A stretch of DNA of 64,000 nt from Candidatus Brocadiia bacterium. Lineage in GTDB: Bacteria; Planctomycetota; Brocadiia; SM23-32. Positions 48,141 through 58,657 of this stretch are shown here, in pieces; the stretch's first letter is position 1; the number at the start of each line of letters is the position of its first letter. A model generated the notes under the pieces. The model saw only the letters and a program-made list of their open reading frames with translations, did not search any database and had not been told where the DNA came from. The translations under genes were made by a program, and so were the position numbers. Where the stretch lies: NCBI GenBank assembly GCA_046538485.1, contig JBKHIT010000001.1:138261-202260 (forward strand), in the 5' to 3' direction.

Positions 48141-48913
48141 CCCGCCCGCTGATAGACTACGCTCGAGAGGGCAAACCGCTGAAAGATGTACCGGTTCTGG
48201 ATGTCCATGCCCACATCGGCGGCATGGCTGGATGGAACCCTCCCCCTCTGAAAGATCAGGTGGCTGAAATGGATCGTCTTGGCATCGATACAGCCGTCGT
48301 CAGTTCATGCCTGGCGCTTACAGGGGCCATCCAAAGAGGAAATGATGAAGTGATTGAAGCTCACCGGCGTTTTCCCGATCAAATACTGGGCTATTGCCAT
48401 GTCAGCGGAAATTATCCTGAAGAGATGCTGCCCGAACTCGAACGTTGCTTCAAATCTGGCGCCTTTGTGGGCATCAAAATTTACGATGTCGGTTGTCCGT
48501 ACGATAGCGATCTTTTCCAGCCAACCTGGGAATTCGCACGAGAATATAGCTTCCCTGTGCTGGCGCATACATGGGGCGGAAATATAGAAAGTTATCAACG
48601 TACCGCTGAGGCAAACCCTGATATTGCATTTCTGGCGGCCCACGCCGGTAGCAGTTTTGCCTATAAACCCTATATAGAAGCCGCCTGCCGACACGAAAAT
48701 TTTTACCTCGACCTGACATACTCCCGGGAACACACCAATATGATCGAACACTTCGCTGAATGCCTTGGCCCCGATCAACTTGTATGGGGAAGCGACGCGC
48801 CCTGTTTTAGTATGTCCCATCAGCTTGGCAAGATACTCTTTGCCCGAATCCCCGATCCCGCCAAACGCCAGATTCTCCATGATAATGCCGCGAAACTTTT
48901 GGCCCCGGCATGA
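48137..48913 (+). CDS. Amidohydrolase_2 family metal-dependent hydrolase
   Basis: DVHAH, GIKIY, LAHT, AHAG and WGSDAP motifs; ATGA overlap with the upstream gene. Confidence 0.9.
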   Translation: MTRPLIDYAREGKPLKDVPVLDVHAHIGGMAGWNPPPLKDQVAEMDRLGIDTAVVSSCLALTGAIQRGNDEVIEAHRRFPDQILGYCHVSGNYPEEMLPELERCFKSGAFVGIKIYDVGCPYDSDLFQPTWEFAREYSFPVLAHTWGGNIESYQRTAEANPDIAFLAAHAGSSFAYKPYIEAACRHENFYLDLTYSREHTNMIEHFAECLGPDQLVWGSDAPCFSMSHQLGKILFARIPDPAKRQILHDNAAKLLAPA

Positions 48914-49693
48914 ATCTGGCTGTTCGCTGAGTCAAAACTCCCAACAAATCCCGTAATATTCGCCGGGGGCAACGCTATCCTCTCGGCAAAAAGAGAGAAG
49001 CAAAATCTTTCAGTACCACATGTCCATTGCCGCTCGAAACTGGTCTGGGCGATGATAAGGCTGGTCTCTTCCCCAGGATTTGGTGCCCTGGGACTGTGTC
49101 GGTTACCGCCCGGATCGACGTAAGAAAACGCCCGCCACGTATCCCATTCATAGTACGTCGTCTGAGTGTAATACCCGAGAGGAACAGCCCGTGAATTGGT
49201 CCCTTCCACATACTCGGTCACCCATTCGCAACTCCCTCCGCCTTCCACCACGTTCATGCCCCGGGGATCCGCCGGCTGATGACACGTCGCGTAATCATAC
49301 ATGAAGGCCCGATGATCGGGGATCTTGTAGCGGAACAAGTTGTCGAGCAAAAACGCCTTGTGGGCTCCATTGCTGTCCCGACCAGCTTTGCCGATCCGGG
49401 AATGCCGACGCGCATCCCCTCCGGCCCAATACCACGTCCCGAATCCCGCCGGCCAGTAGTCGAACGAAAACCGATGACCGTTGCTCCAATGCCTGCGCCG
49501 GAACTCTGAGCCCGGGCAACTCAACAAACCATGCCCTTTTTCATCCGGGAATCGGGGGACAGTGGCCGTATAGGTCTGAATGTTATCAATCGGCACCCCA
49601 CCGTACCTTGGTTCCTTCGTATAAAGCGTTATTTGAACGTAATCATGCACCCAGACCTGCATGCATTTCCCCCACGAACTTCCCCGGCCGACA
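48820..49693 (-). pseudogene. 5'-truncated remnant of a DUF1559-like prepilin-type gene
   Basis: Retains LLSCPGS and H...RGMNVVEGGGSCEW but has no GFTLIE leader; the frame runs upstream into a repeat half-element and its tail overlaps the opposite-strand gene by 94 bp. Confidence 0.5.
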
Positions 49694-49777
49694 GTCGCCC
49701 AAACAGCGGGCTCCTCGCAATAACGTTCTAAACGTGTTCCTGGTCATTACGAGCGGAGCGACGCAATCTCGTCGTTT
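49694..49777. repeat. Two back-to-back half-copies of the GTCATTGCGAG element
   Basis: ...CTCCTCGCAATAAC (ends 49724) and GTCATTACGAGCGGAGCGACGCAATCTCGTCGTTT (49743-49777). Confidence 0.7.
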
Positions 49778-49908
49778 GCCGGAACCCGTAAATTCAATTG
49801 TCACGGAGCACGGGCGTTGTCAAATAGCGAAATGTCCCACAACGCATATTTCTCCTGTACCGCTGATCGTTGAGGTCCATGAGATTTTGCCGTAAGCTGA
49901 GATGGCCC

Positions 49909-52900
49909 ATGAGAAACCAAAAAGAAAATAGAAATATCCCCGCTCCCGCTCTGCTCAGTGAAGAGGGTCTCCATCCCGATCTGGTAGCCCGCCCCCTGGT
50001 AGAGGCCGGTTTTGAACTGGACTCCGCCCCGTTTGAAAAAATCCCGGACCTTCTGGACAAAAACAATTACAACGTATTGATTCTGGGCCGTTTTCACCTG
50101 ATGCGTCATACAAAACAGGAAGAACGCGCTTACATGCGGCGTCTGGGGGAAGCCATTGAGCGATTTCTTCGGTGCGGCGGCGGCGTTTTCATATCGGTGC
50201 CGGCTCTGCAGGTCGTCCCCTTTGATCTTGCTCTCGACCGTTTCGGATGCCGGTTCCTGCCGCTCAACATTCAGCAGAAAGAAAACGTCATTCGCCCCTC
50301 CGAAGGAAGCTGGGGGGGACGAGCCTACGCTTATACAAGCGAAATCCACCCCGGGGACAGCAAGATTGCCCGGGACATCGAAGGGATCTGGTATCCTTTG
50401 AGTATGGGACACGCACCGGCCACCTGGCCTGTCAGCACGGACCAGAACTGGCGCACCGTGGTCGCCGGTGCTCCCGATAGCCATACGGAAGCAAGGGATC
50501 AAGAAGGGTACGGCTTACCAGGAGAGGAAATGGTTGGCTTTGACTCGTCCGTTCCCATTCTGGCAACACGCGAGGATATGCCCGGTCGGCTGGCCGTGTG
50601 CGGAATTCCCGGCCCCTTCTACCTCTACCCCCCGCACAATTGTCCGATCGCCGAACCTCTTCTGTCAGACGGTTTTGACGATAAAACATCTGATCTACGA
50701 ATGCTCATTAAAAACTTATTAAGATGGCTCTCCGAACCGTCCCGCCAAGCGATGGAACCGGGAGGTCCACGAACCAATCCCGAGGTGCTGAGGCCCCAGG
50801 TGCCCCGTTTCCCCGAAGATCCACCCACAAAATGGGCTGAGCGGGAATTCCCGCCTGATCCCGTCCCGCGACGGGGCATGATCGGGGCCCGAACCACACA
50901 TTCAACGGGAAAAGTGTCCGTCGAGGATTATGTCGAAAAGGCCCGCAAAGCCGGCCACGATTTCATCGTCTTCCTGGAAGATTTCAAAGAGCTGAATGAA
51001 GAAAAACTCCAGTCACTGAAAACCGTCTGCGAGAAACACACCACCGAGGAGTTCTGGGCGGTGCCCGGATATACCTTCGAGGACGTGGTCGGATCCCACT
51101 ACTTTGTTTTTGGTTGGGAGATCCAACGGCCGCTCGATGACGTTCTTTCGGAAGATGGGCAAAAACTGGCGGCCCGCGCGCCGGGGGACGGACGGTCCCG
51201 CGGGCGCATTGAAAACGCGCATCTCTCCTTCACTTTCGGGGAACTCGGCCAGCGCTGCCGGAAAGGATCGTATCGGCACGATGCGAATCCGAAGATGTTC
51301 ATCGATAACAGGTTCAACGATTCTATCGGACTGGTCACTTGGCAAAACGGAACGGTCATCGACGACCAGCGGCACCGCTATCATTACCTCATGGACAAAG
51401 GCGTGCGGCTGAATCCGACGGTGTTGACTCTCATGAATGATCTGGATGATTTTGACCGGGTGCTGGAAGCCGGCTGGCTGAATGTGCTGAGCGACCCCTA
51501 CGAAAATATGCAAAATCGCGTGCTGCGCAAGCGTATGGCGCCGGAACTGGAATGGTGGGGCAAGATAGACGAGCAAGCCAACGAAGACCCAAAATACTAT
51601 TTCGATTCCTGGCAGTACGGCCGGCCGTTCCAGTCAATTACCAACGGACCCGTGATACGAACCTGGGCGGTGAGCGCCTCCGATCGGGATTCAGAATGGC
51701 GTGCTCCGGACAATGAAATCCCGCCCACCGCCGATTGGTTTCGCACCGACGTCACGCAGCTGCGAATTCGCATCCGTGCGGCCTCCGAAATAGGACTCCA
51801 CGAAGTCCGTTTGCTGGACGGAGATCGTCTCATCCGCCGATGGCAATGTTCAGGCTCCACCGACTGGGAGAAGGAACTCGACCTGCAACATCACCAGCAG
51901 GTGCATCTCATGCTCGAAGTTCGAGACATCGAAGGCGGTTCGTCGTTCACATCCGATTTCCTGACCTATCGCCGCGACTGGTGTGAGTTCTACTGTGCCG
52001 ATCGGAATAATCCGCTCTGTATCGGCTACCAGAAAGACGAAAAGGGATACGCGGATAACTGGGCCGGCACCGAACACCTCACTTACAACAACGGACAATG
52101 GGGCGGAAACAGTCCCTGGATCGGGAAATGGTGGTATGAGGAAGATCGCATACGGCCGGTCCCCCGGGATCCGATCCATGATGAAACGATGCCAGTTGAC
52201 GGAGGAGTCGGCGAAGCCGGTGCAGGGCTGAAAATAAGGGTGAACATGCCGGATCTGCATCCGCCGGAACGAGGGTTGATGCTCGAGCCGTTTCAGAGAC
52301 TCATCAGCACCGACGTCGCGATCTGTGAGTTCGTCTGTGACCGCGGCTACAAACCGGACGCTCCCTATTTTTTCGACAGTGAAGAGGGATTTGGGCTCTA
52401 CGGCGCCTACCCGACGCGTTATCTTGAAGTCACCAGAAGAGGAATTGTTTTTCGGCCCCGCCCCCATTCCTTCACAACGCTCCTTTATGATTACACATTC
52501 GGCTGGAAGAAAGATCCGAAACTCGACGTGCCGTTGCGGATCGGCACTATCAACGGAAGATCTCCGTGCAATCTGTATCGAACCGCGGACACCAAAAAAA
52601 AAGGTGAACATTGGCAGCTCAGCGGACACGGGATACGAATGGAAAAACGGTGAATGGCTCGTTTGCTGGAGCGAGGGAGCCCGACCGGCAATCTTCATCA
52701 ACGAAGGGGACGATCTCCTTCTAATCGGCGAAAAAGGCGGCGGATCAAGCATCTACCTGCCCGAAGAAAATCTCCCGGCATACCGGGATGATGCCCATGT
52801 TTGTTTCGCCGCGATCGGCGGGACGCACGATCATACCGACGATAATATTGTGGGAAAAATCAGGACAAGCATGGGATTCGCAGGACCTCTGGAATGTGAC

Positions 52901-53371
52901 GTGGATGTCGAACAGGGACGAATCCTCGGACAGCAACTCCTTCTCGATCTGGAGGCGGAAGAAGGGGGAGCAGCCTTTGAGATTTCAGAAGCCAATCTGC
53001 CGATGGCGCTTCCTATTACAGTTCGGAATTTGAACGATCACTGGCCCGTGGTGCTGGTCGACCGCAGAACTCACCGCTGGAGACCGTTGGGCATTCTGGA
53101 TGGCACGGCATACGCGACCCTCGATACGCGCGGCCGCCGTTCGTCGCTGTTCATCGGACATCCTTGCAAGACAAACCACGAGAACGTGGTTATATCCCTG
53201 GCCCAGGTAGCCGAGGACAAATATGTCGTGGAATTTCACAATCCTTGTGACCATACAATCGACTGCTCCGTTCAACAATCCCCGTATTTTGATTTTGTTG
53301 AACTCGGCAAGAAAGACCTGCAACTCGCGCCCGGCAAGTCACAGACGTTTCGGATAAAAGCTTTGGCTTGA
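49909..53371 (+). pseudogene. Large hypothetical protein with a degenerate PHP domain, split by a frameshift at an A9 run
   Basis: ORFs 49870..52653 and 52325..53371 join in frame (...DTKKKVNIGSS...) if one A of 52594-52602 is removed, giving ~1153 aa from ATG 49909. Confidence 0.75.
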
Positions 53372-53887
53372 TTTAAGTGGTCCTGCAGCTCCCTCATAAT
53401 GGCCGGCAGAATTGCTCCCTACGGGTCGTGCGCTGGCAGCCCATATGCGGTGTTGCAGTTCGGCGTGGACCCTTTTGGGTCGAACTTCTCACTGCGCCTT
53501 GCATCTGAACCATCGACGACCGGCTGAACACACAAACTCAAGTGGACTAGCCCGCCGGAGGCGGGCGTTTCAGAGTTAGCGCGAGGTGAGTGAGGCCACT
53601 ATGGGGCCGAGCGAACTCTGGGTGAGAGCAAGCCCATCAACCGCGGATCGCCTCTCCGGAGGCGAGGGCCACGAACATAGTTCGCGCGATCCGCTACATT
53701 ACCAGACCATCATCCTCAACCCCGGACTTCCCCGCTCCGCGGGGTCGCCCAGGGCTACTTCTGAGGCGCCCGCGTTGCGGGCTCAACGACTGCCACTACG
53801 GTATGGGGGCGCCAGACCGGGAACGTGGTTCACTGAATACTTACGGCAGACGCGGAGAAATGAGCCCAGGAAACTCATTTCGACCTG

Positions 53888-54757
53888 CTAATCTGCAACT
53901 TGTATAGACTCCCGATAGGGAATGCCGATCTCGCGCAGTCTCCGACATGCGGTCACATAACGCTGAATCTCTTCCCGATCCAGTGCCCGGTCCAGCACCA
54001 CGATTTCATCGATGCTCATCGGGAAACTTCCGTAATGCCGACCAAAGTGCGCGGTGTCGGTCTCGCCCGGGCGAAACCTTCTGCCCTTGTTTCTGTACGT
54101 TTTCTTCAACTCGCCGTCCCAGAAAACTTTCACCACCGACGCTGACTCCACAACCAGCGCGGCATGATGCCATTTACCCGCCGGGAAGGTCGCATGCCGA
54201 TTACCCCATATGCCGTTGTGATTGCTGATTCCCGGGAACCGGTAGACCTGCAGCACGTGGGTGGGACGTGTCAGCCCACACCAATTCCCGGCGCCCCGCA
54301 CGAAATCGGCGATGTAGCCTTTCCCCCGAAGGGCCACCAGGTGGTAACCGGTGTGTTTGTTCATTTCTTTGTCCGGCCGCCACCAGAGCATCAGCGTCAG
54401 AGGCCGGTGAGGACTCAAAGCTTCGCTTTCGACGAGGTAAAAACGATGCGGTTTATGGTCCCACGGCGGGCAACGCAACGCTTTCCCGGTAAAACCGGGA
54501 ACCAGCTTCCCTCCCTCCACCCGGCTTACCTGCGCATCGATCCGGTTAACGGCCGGTGCACCCAGACCTTCCTCAAACGGATCGTAGTAAACCACACGGT
54601 CGGCGAAACTCGGTGCCAGATATAGAAAAGGATCCGCCGCACTGCATCGCTCATGCCGGGGGCTCTCCTTTCGCGGCTCGGGCACTCCGACCGTTGTCAC
54701 AAGCGACAGAGCAATCACAGCCAGCATCACACTGATCTTCATTTTCATGCGGGTCAA
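53888..54757 (-). CDS. Secreted LamG-like jelly-roll protein
   Basis: Signal-like N-terminus; TLMLWWRP, GKWHHAALV and IDEIVVLDRAL..EEI motifs. Confidence 0.8.
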   Translation of the reverse strand: MTRMKMKISVMLAVIALSLVTTVGVPEPRKESPRHERCSAADPFLYLAPSFADRVVYYDPFEEGLGAPAVNRIDAQVSRVEGGKLVPGFTGKALRCPPWDHKPHRFYLVESEALSPHRPLTLMLWWRPDKEMNKHTGYHLVALRGKGYIADFVRGAGNWCGLTRPTHVLQVYRFPGISNHNGIWGNRHATFPAGKWHHAALVVESASVVKVFWDGELKKTYRNKGRRFRPGETDTAHFGRHYGSFPMSIDEIVVLDRALDREEIQRYVTACRRLREIGIPYRESIQVAD

Positions 54758-57700
54758 CCCTTTGGAATCAGCCGGATGGCGGCGATATCATGCTTTTTGA
54801 GTTCAAAGTCGATCTTCCCATCATTTATGGACAACAGGACGGGCGGTCTTGCTTCACACACCTGTTTCCCCTTTTCTTTGGACAGTTGATCGATCCGGAT
54901 GCGTTTGGCTCGCGTATTCGACGGGTTCAGGCCCAGTTTCTCCCAGTTGATACGCAGTTCCACATCCCTGTCCTCTTGAGCGTAACTCACGACGCCGATG
55001 ACGGTTTCTTCAGCGGGTACGGTGTAGACAATGGTCGGGACATCGGCATCGCCGCTGACGGCAGGCTGCGGTCGTTCATCCCAGTAACGATAGACCTCCA
55101 GATCCTCCGGCTTATCTTTCAACAATCGCAGGAACGGTCGCGCGAGCGGCTGGATCGAGCGGGTGCGGGTATTCCAGCTCGGTTGCCAGCCACCGCCCCC
55201 GTCGAGTTCATGCAGCAGTCGCACAGCGGCGTAGGTCTTGTGCATCACCTGGTTCTTGCCGCGACCACCCAGCAGAACCGGCCAGGCACCGGCCAGTTCT
55301 CCATTCGTCGTGAGAAGAATCAGCTCGCGTGAGAAACGATCCTGTGTATCACCCCGACCGTACTTCCATTCCCAATCGTACTGGAGTGTGCAGAAGCTCA
55401 TCATCGGCAGCGGGCTGAAACTGGTCATGTGCGGGAACGTAACAGGCAACATATTCCGCTCATTCAGAAGCACAAAGGTCCGCCTGGCAAGATCCCGCAG
55501 GCCCCAGATGCCCGCAGCGGGGCGAATCCGCCCATCCGGGAGCCGATACGCATCGGTCATCTCCGTGTTGAATGAACTCGCTATGAAAAAATTGTCCCAG
55601 TACACGCCCTTGTTACTGCCAATCTCGAATGATCGCGCGTACCAGTACAGGGCAAAATCGATGTAGCTATCGGTCGGGACGATCTTGATCTCCCCCGGGC
55701 TATTGTTCCCGTCCGGATAGCTCCGCCAATCCTGCAGGCACCATTCGTCCTTGAACGTATGAAACTCCTCACAGGTACGGTTCGAAGCGCGGTTATAGTA
55801 GAAAATCATTTTCTCACCGTAACGTGAACGGAGATTATAGCTCACGTGTCGCGACCACGTTCCGAGACGTCGCTTGTTCTTGGGGCCATAGTATTTCTCG
55901 AAATATCGCCGCCCGTGGTCGATCACCTTCTGGATTGCCTCGCGACTGAGTCTCTCCTGGTTCCCTCGGGCGATCATCTCCCACAGGTACATGTCTTTGG
56001 CCGCCGGATAGACCGAACTGGCACACCCAATACTCAGCCAGTTGATGCAGGTACCCAGTAACGTGTAATTGTCCCGGTTATATCGGTAACGCCACCAGTG
56101 TTTGGTGGTTCCGGCCTCTCGCATCCGAGGTTTAACCGGAGCAGCGAGCAGGCCAAAGGTAATTGTGCGTGGCCTTTCTATAACCGTCGGCCTGTTGATC
56201 AAATGCACCCGCAGAATCACCGCCCCGTCTTCTCTGTAAAGGTCAAGGTTCGGCTTATTTTCGTTCCATCCCCAGTTCAAATCGTTCTCCGCGAACCAGC
56301 AAATGCCCCGGTTCGGCGTCCCCACAAAAATATACGGACAGAAAGTCTTCGGGAAATCATTGTACGCCACCTTTGTGGCGTCCCAGACAACTCCTTCCCC
56401 TTCAGGGATACGATCAGCCACCGGTGCCCGAATTCTGTCAGCATTGGCATGCACAAGTGTGGCAGTCTCTTCCGAAAAAGGAATCTCAAGACGTAATTTC
56501 CCGATCGATTTGCCGCCCGTGGGCTGGAGGGTCATGCGTATCTTAGCGCAGCCGTCGTAATCCCAGACGTTTTCGACTTCAGCCTGGAGTGGCCCCGCTG
56601 CAAAACCGCCTCGTGCGATGACTTTATGGTCCTTAACCTCCTCGAACGCAAGCCCGGCAGGGCGGGCCGGAATCTCTTCGCCCCCCTCCACGCGGACCAC
56701 ACATTGCATGGGAGCCGCCAGAATGTCCCGGCTTACCTCTGTATGGGCGGCCGTCGCATTTACATGATTCCACAAAGCCATATCGTTCAGTTCGTGCGTT
56801 CTGAGCACCGTCTTGAGAATCTTCTTCCCTTCATCCACCTCAATCGGTGTAAAAGGAGGATAGACTTTTGTGCTGCGCCCGGAGGGCGTGTTTTCCCAGG
56901 GATAATGTTTCCGCTGAAAAGCTTTTACCTGTGGAGAGTTCGGAACGTCCTCCCCCTCCGCTCGCACAGCAATTTCATAAAAACCTTCAAGTTCGGGCAG
57001 TTCTATGGTGCGACGGCTGAAACCGTCCTTGAATTCTTCAGCCGGCAGCTCAACAGCCTTGATTTCTTTCCCACCGAGGCGCTCCCGAACCACGACCAGA
57101 ACACGATTCACCTCCGCTTCTTTCGGCATACCGTTGATATCGACCATCAGCCGCAGCTTTTTCCGGTAAGGATAGTAGCCGAAGCGAAAATCCACGGGTG
57201 GCTTTTTCTTCGCCTTGCCTGCCAACCACCGGTACGGTTTTGCAGCACGTTTCCAGGTAATCTTGCGCGAGTAGAACACCGTCTTTTGGTCCGCCGATTC
57301 CACCCGGAGGTGAAGTGTATACCGGCTGGTGGGATCGCTTGCGGGCACCTTGACGTCGAGCCCATCCCTCTTGCCCGGTTCCAGAATCAGAACTCCTTGC
57401 CGGTTCATGGCGGGCATATCAGCCCGATCGAGATGAAGAGAGGCCCTGCATTTCAGGGTCTGATCCGAAGGGTTATGCAGAGTGAGTTTCCCCGTCCAGG
57501 GCGGCACATTTGCGCCACCCGTCACGCGGTACTGCACCGCCGGCGCCGGCTGTTCCGCAAATTGGAACAACAGCCCCGAATGGTTGTAGCCCCCGGCGAG
57601 ACTCGACCACTGCCACGGGTCTTTCCAATCTCGCGCGAGATTGATCTGCCAGACGCCATCGGTGGTCGCACGCCCCTCTGGAACCGTGTTCATACTGCCG

Positions 57701-58263
57701 ACCGGCACGGCACATTCGAAATGCCAGTAACCATCATGGAAACCATGCGCATCCTTCCAGTTCCCCTGCCAGCTCACCTGCTCTTCCGCCTTGCCAAGCT
57801 TATGGATGTTGTAACCCCCATTGCCCAAAGAGTTTACAAGTTTCTGATAACAGACTTTGTCGGGAGACAGCGGGGTCGGCGTCACAAAGACCTCCACGGC
57901 TTCATCGTGCACGGCTTTGAGACTGTCGCGTTTCACTTCGGCCTTGAGAATACCTTCGTCAGGAAGTTGGCTGCGAATGGCCACGTAGATGGTCTTCTCT
58001 GTCGCCCCGACGTAACCCCGGACCCGACGACGCTGCATGTTCCCGCCCCACAGAAAACCATCGAAACAGTGCGCGATTTTCCATTCGTCCCGATCGATTT
58101 TGCCATCGAGTTTCGGTGCCTCCGGCATCAACGGCACGGTCAGAATTACCGGCCGAGAGTTCTTCTCAGCTGCAAAACCAGTAAGGGAAACCTGAACAGA
58201 TACCACAATCACAATGATGAAGACGACATTTGATAAAAGTTTCTTGTCTGCTCGCCCTGTCAT
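54754..58263 (-). CDS. Large secreted putative glycoside hydrolase (CBM9-like N-terminus, DUF6067-like core)
   Basis: Signal peptide; APKLDGKIDRDEW, DYDG, FGLLAAPVKP, GVYWDN and HMT motifs. Confidence 0.6.
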   Translation of the reverse strand: MTGRADKKLLSNVVFIIVIVVSVQVSLTGFAAEKNSRPVILTVPLMPEAPKLDGKIDRDEWKIAHCFDGFLWGGNMQRRRVRGYVGATEKTIYVAIRSQLPDEGILKAEVKRDSLKAVHDEAVEVFVTPTPLSPDKVCYQKLVNSLGNGGYNIHKLGKAEEQVSWQGNWKDAHGFHDGYWHFECAVPVGSMNTVPEGRATTDGVWQINLARDWKDPWQWSSLAGGYNHSGLLFQFAEQPAPAVQYRVTGGANVPPWTGKLTLHNPSDQTLKCRASLHLDRADMPAMNRQGVLILEPGKRDGLDVKVPASDPTSRYTLHLRVESADQKTVFYSRKITWKRAAKPYRWLAGKAKKKPPVDFRFGYYPYRKKLRLMVDINGMPKEAEVNRVLVVVRERLGGKEIKAVELPAEEFKDGFSRRTIELPELEGFYEIAVRAEGEDVPNSPQVKAFQRKHYPWENTPSGRSTKVYPPFTPIEVDEGKKILKTVLRTHELNDMALWNHVNATAAHTEVSRDILAAPMQCVVRVEGGEEIPARPAGLAFEEVKDHKVIARGGFAAGPLQAEVENVWDYDGCAKIRMTLQPTGGKSIGKLRLEIPFSEETATLVHANADRIRAPVADRIPEGEGVVWDATKVAYNDFPKTFCPYIFVGTPNRGICWFAENDLNWGWNENKPNLDLYREDGAVILRVHLINRPTVIERPRTITFGLLAAPVKPRMREAGTTKHWWRYRYNRDNYTLLGTCINWLSIGCASSVYPAAKDMYLWEMIARGNQERLSREAIQKVIDHGRRYFEKYYGPKNKRRLGTWSRHVSYNLRSRYGEKMIFYYNRASNRTCEEFHTFKDEWCLQDWRSYPDGNNSPGEIKIVPTDSYIDFALYWYARSFEIGSNKGVYWDNFFIASSFNTEMTDAYRLPDGRIRPAAGIWGLRDLARRTFVLLNERNMLPVTFPHMTSFSPLPMMSFCTLQYDWEWKYGRGDTQDRFSRELILLTTNGELAGAWPVLLGGRGKNQVMHKTYAAVRLLHELDGGGGWQPSWNTRTRSIQPLARPFLRLLKDKPEDLEVYRYWDERPQPAVSGDADVPTIVYTVPAEETVIGVVSYAQEDRDVELRINWEKLGLNPSNTRAKRIRIDQLSKEKGKQVCEARPPVLLSINDGKIDFELKKHDIAAIRLIPKG

Positions 58264-58421
58264 AATTCCAATCCTCCGATTTTCTAGCTCGTTTTGCTGC
58301 CGGGAACTGATAACAACGGATCATGAAGCAGTTTACCATCCGCTAAGAAGAATATCCAGATTCCGATGAACCCCCGCCTTGTTTTAATAATCTCTAAGGA
58401 CCCTTGAGCCAACGTTTTTGT

Positions 58422-58463
58422 CCGCGTTCTGAACTCCGCCCTCCGGCCGAAGTCCAGTCCGCT
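58422..58463. repeat. 43-bp dispersed hairpin repeat, copy 2 (degenerate)
   Basis: CCGCGTTCTGAACTCCGCCCTCCGGCCGAAGTCCAGTCCGCT. Confidence 0.8.
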
Positions 58464-58657
58464 CATATGCCAACTCAGGGGACGGAACAACAGATATTCA
58501 ATCTCCATATCCCCCAGCAAACTCCAGCCAAATCCGTCGGGCTTGTCCCGGCGATCGTTACTTTTTTTGTGCAGCCCCCGGAAACCTGACAGTACCTTGC
58601 GATTGAGCAGGGCCGGACTTACCATACCAACCCACGATCATATCAAAGGAGTTTACC

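Noticed and set aside
52596..52607. A-AAA-AAG programmed -1 ribosomal frameshift
   Set aside because: The -1 frame hits TGA at 52605-52607. Joining the two ORFs needs loss of one base (+1).
53372..53887. tRNA, tmRNA, SRP or RNase P RNA, or the 101-aa ORF 53586..53891
   Set aside because: No conserved signature sequences were recognised, and the ORF has no motif and runs through hairpin repeats.
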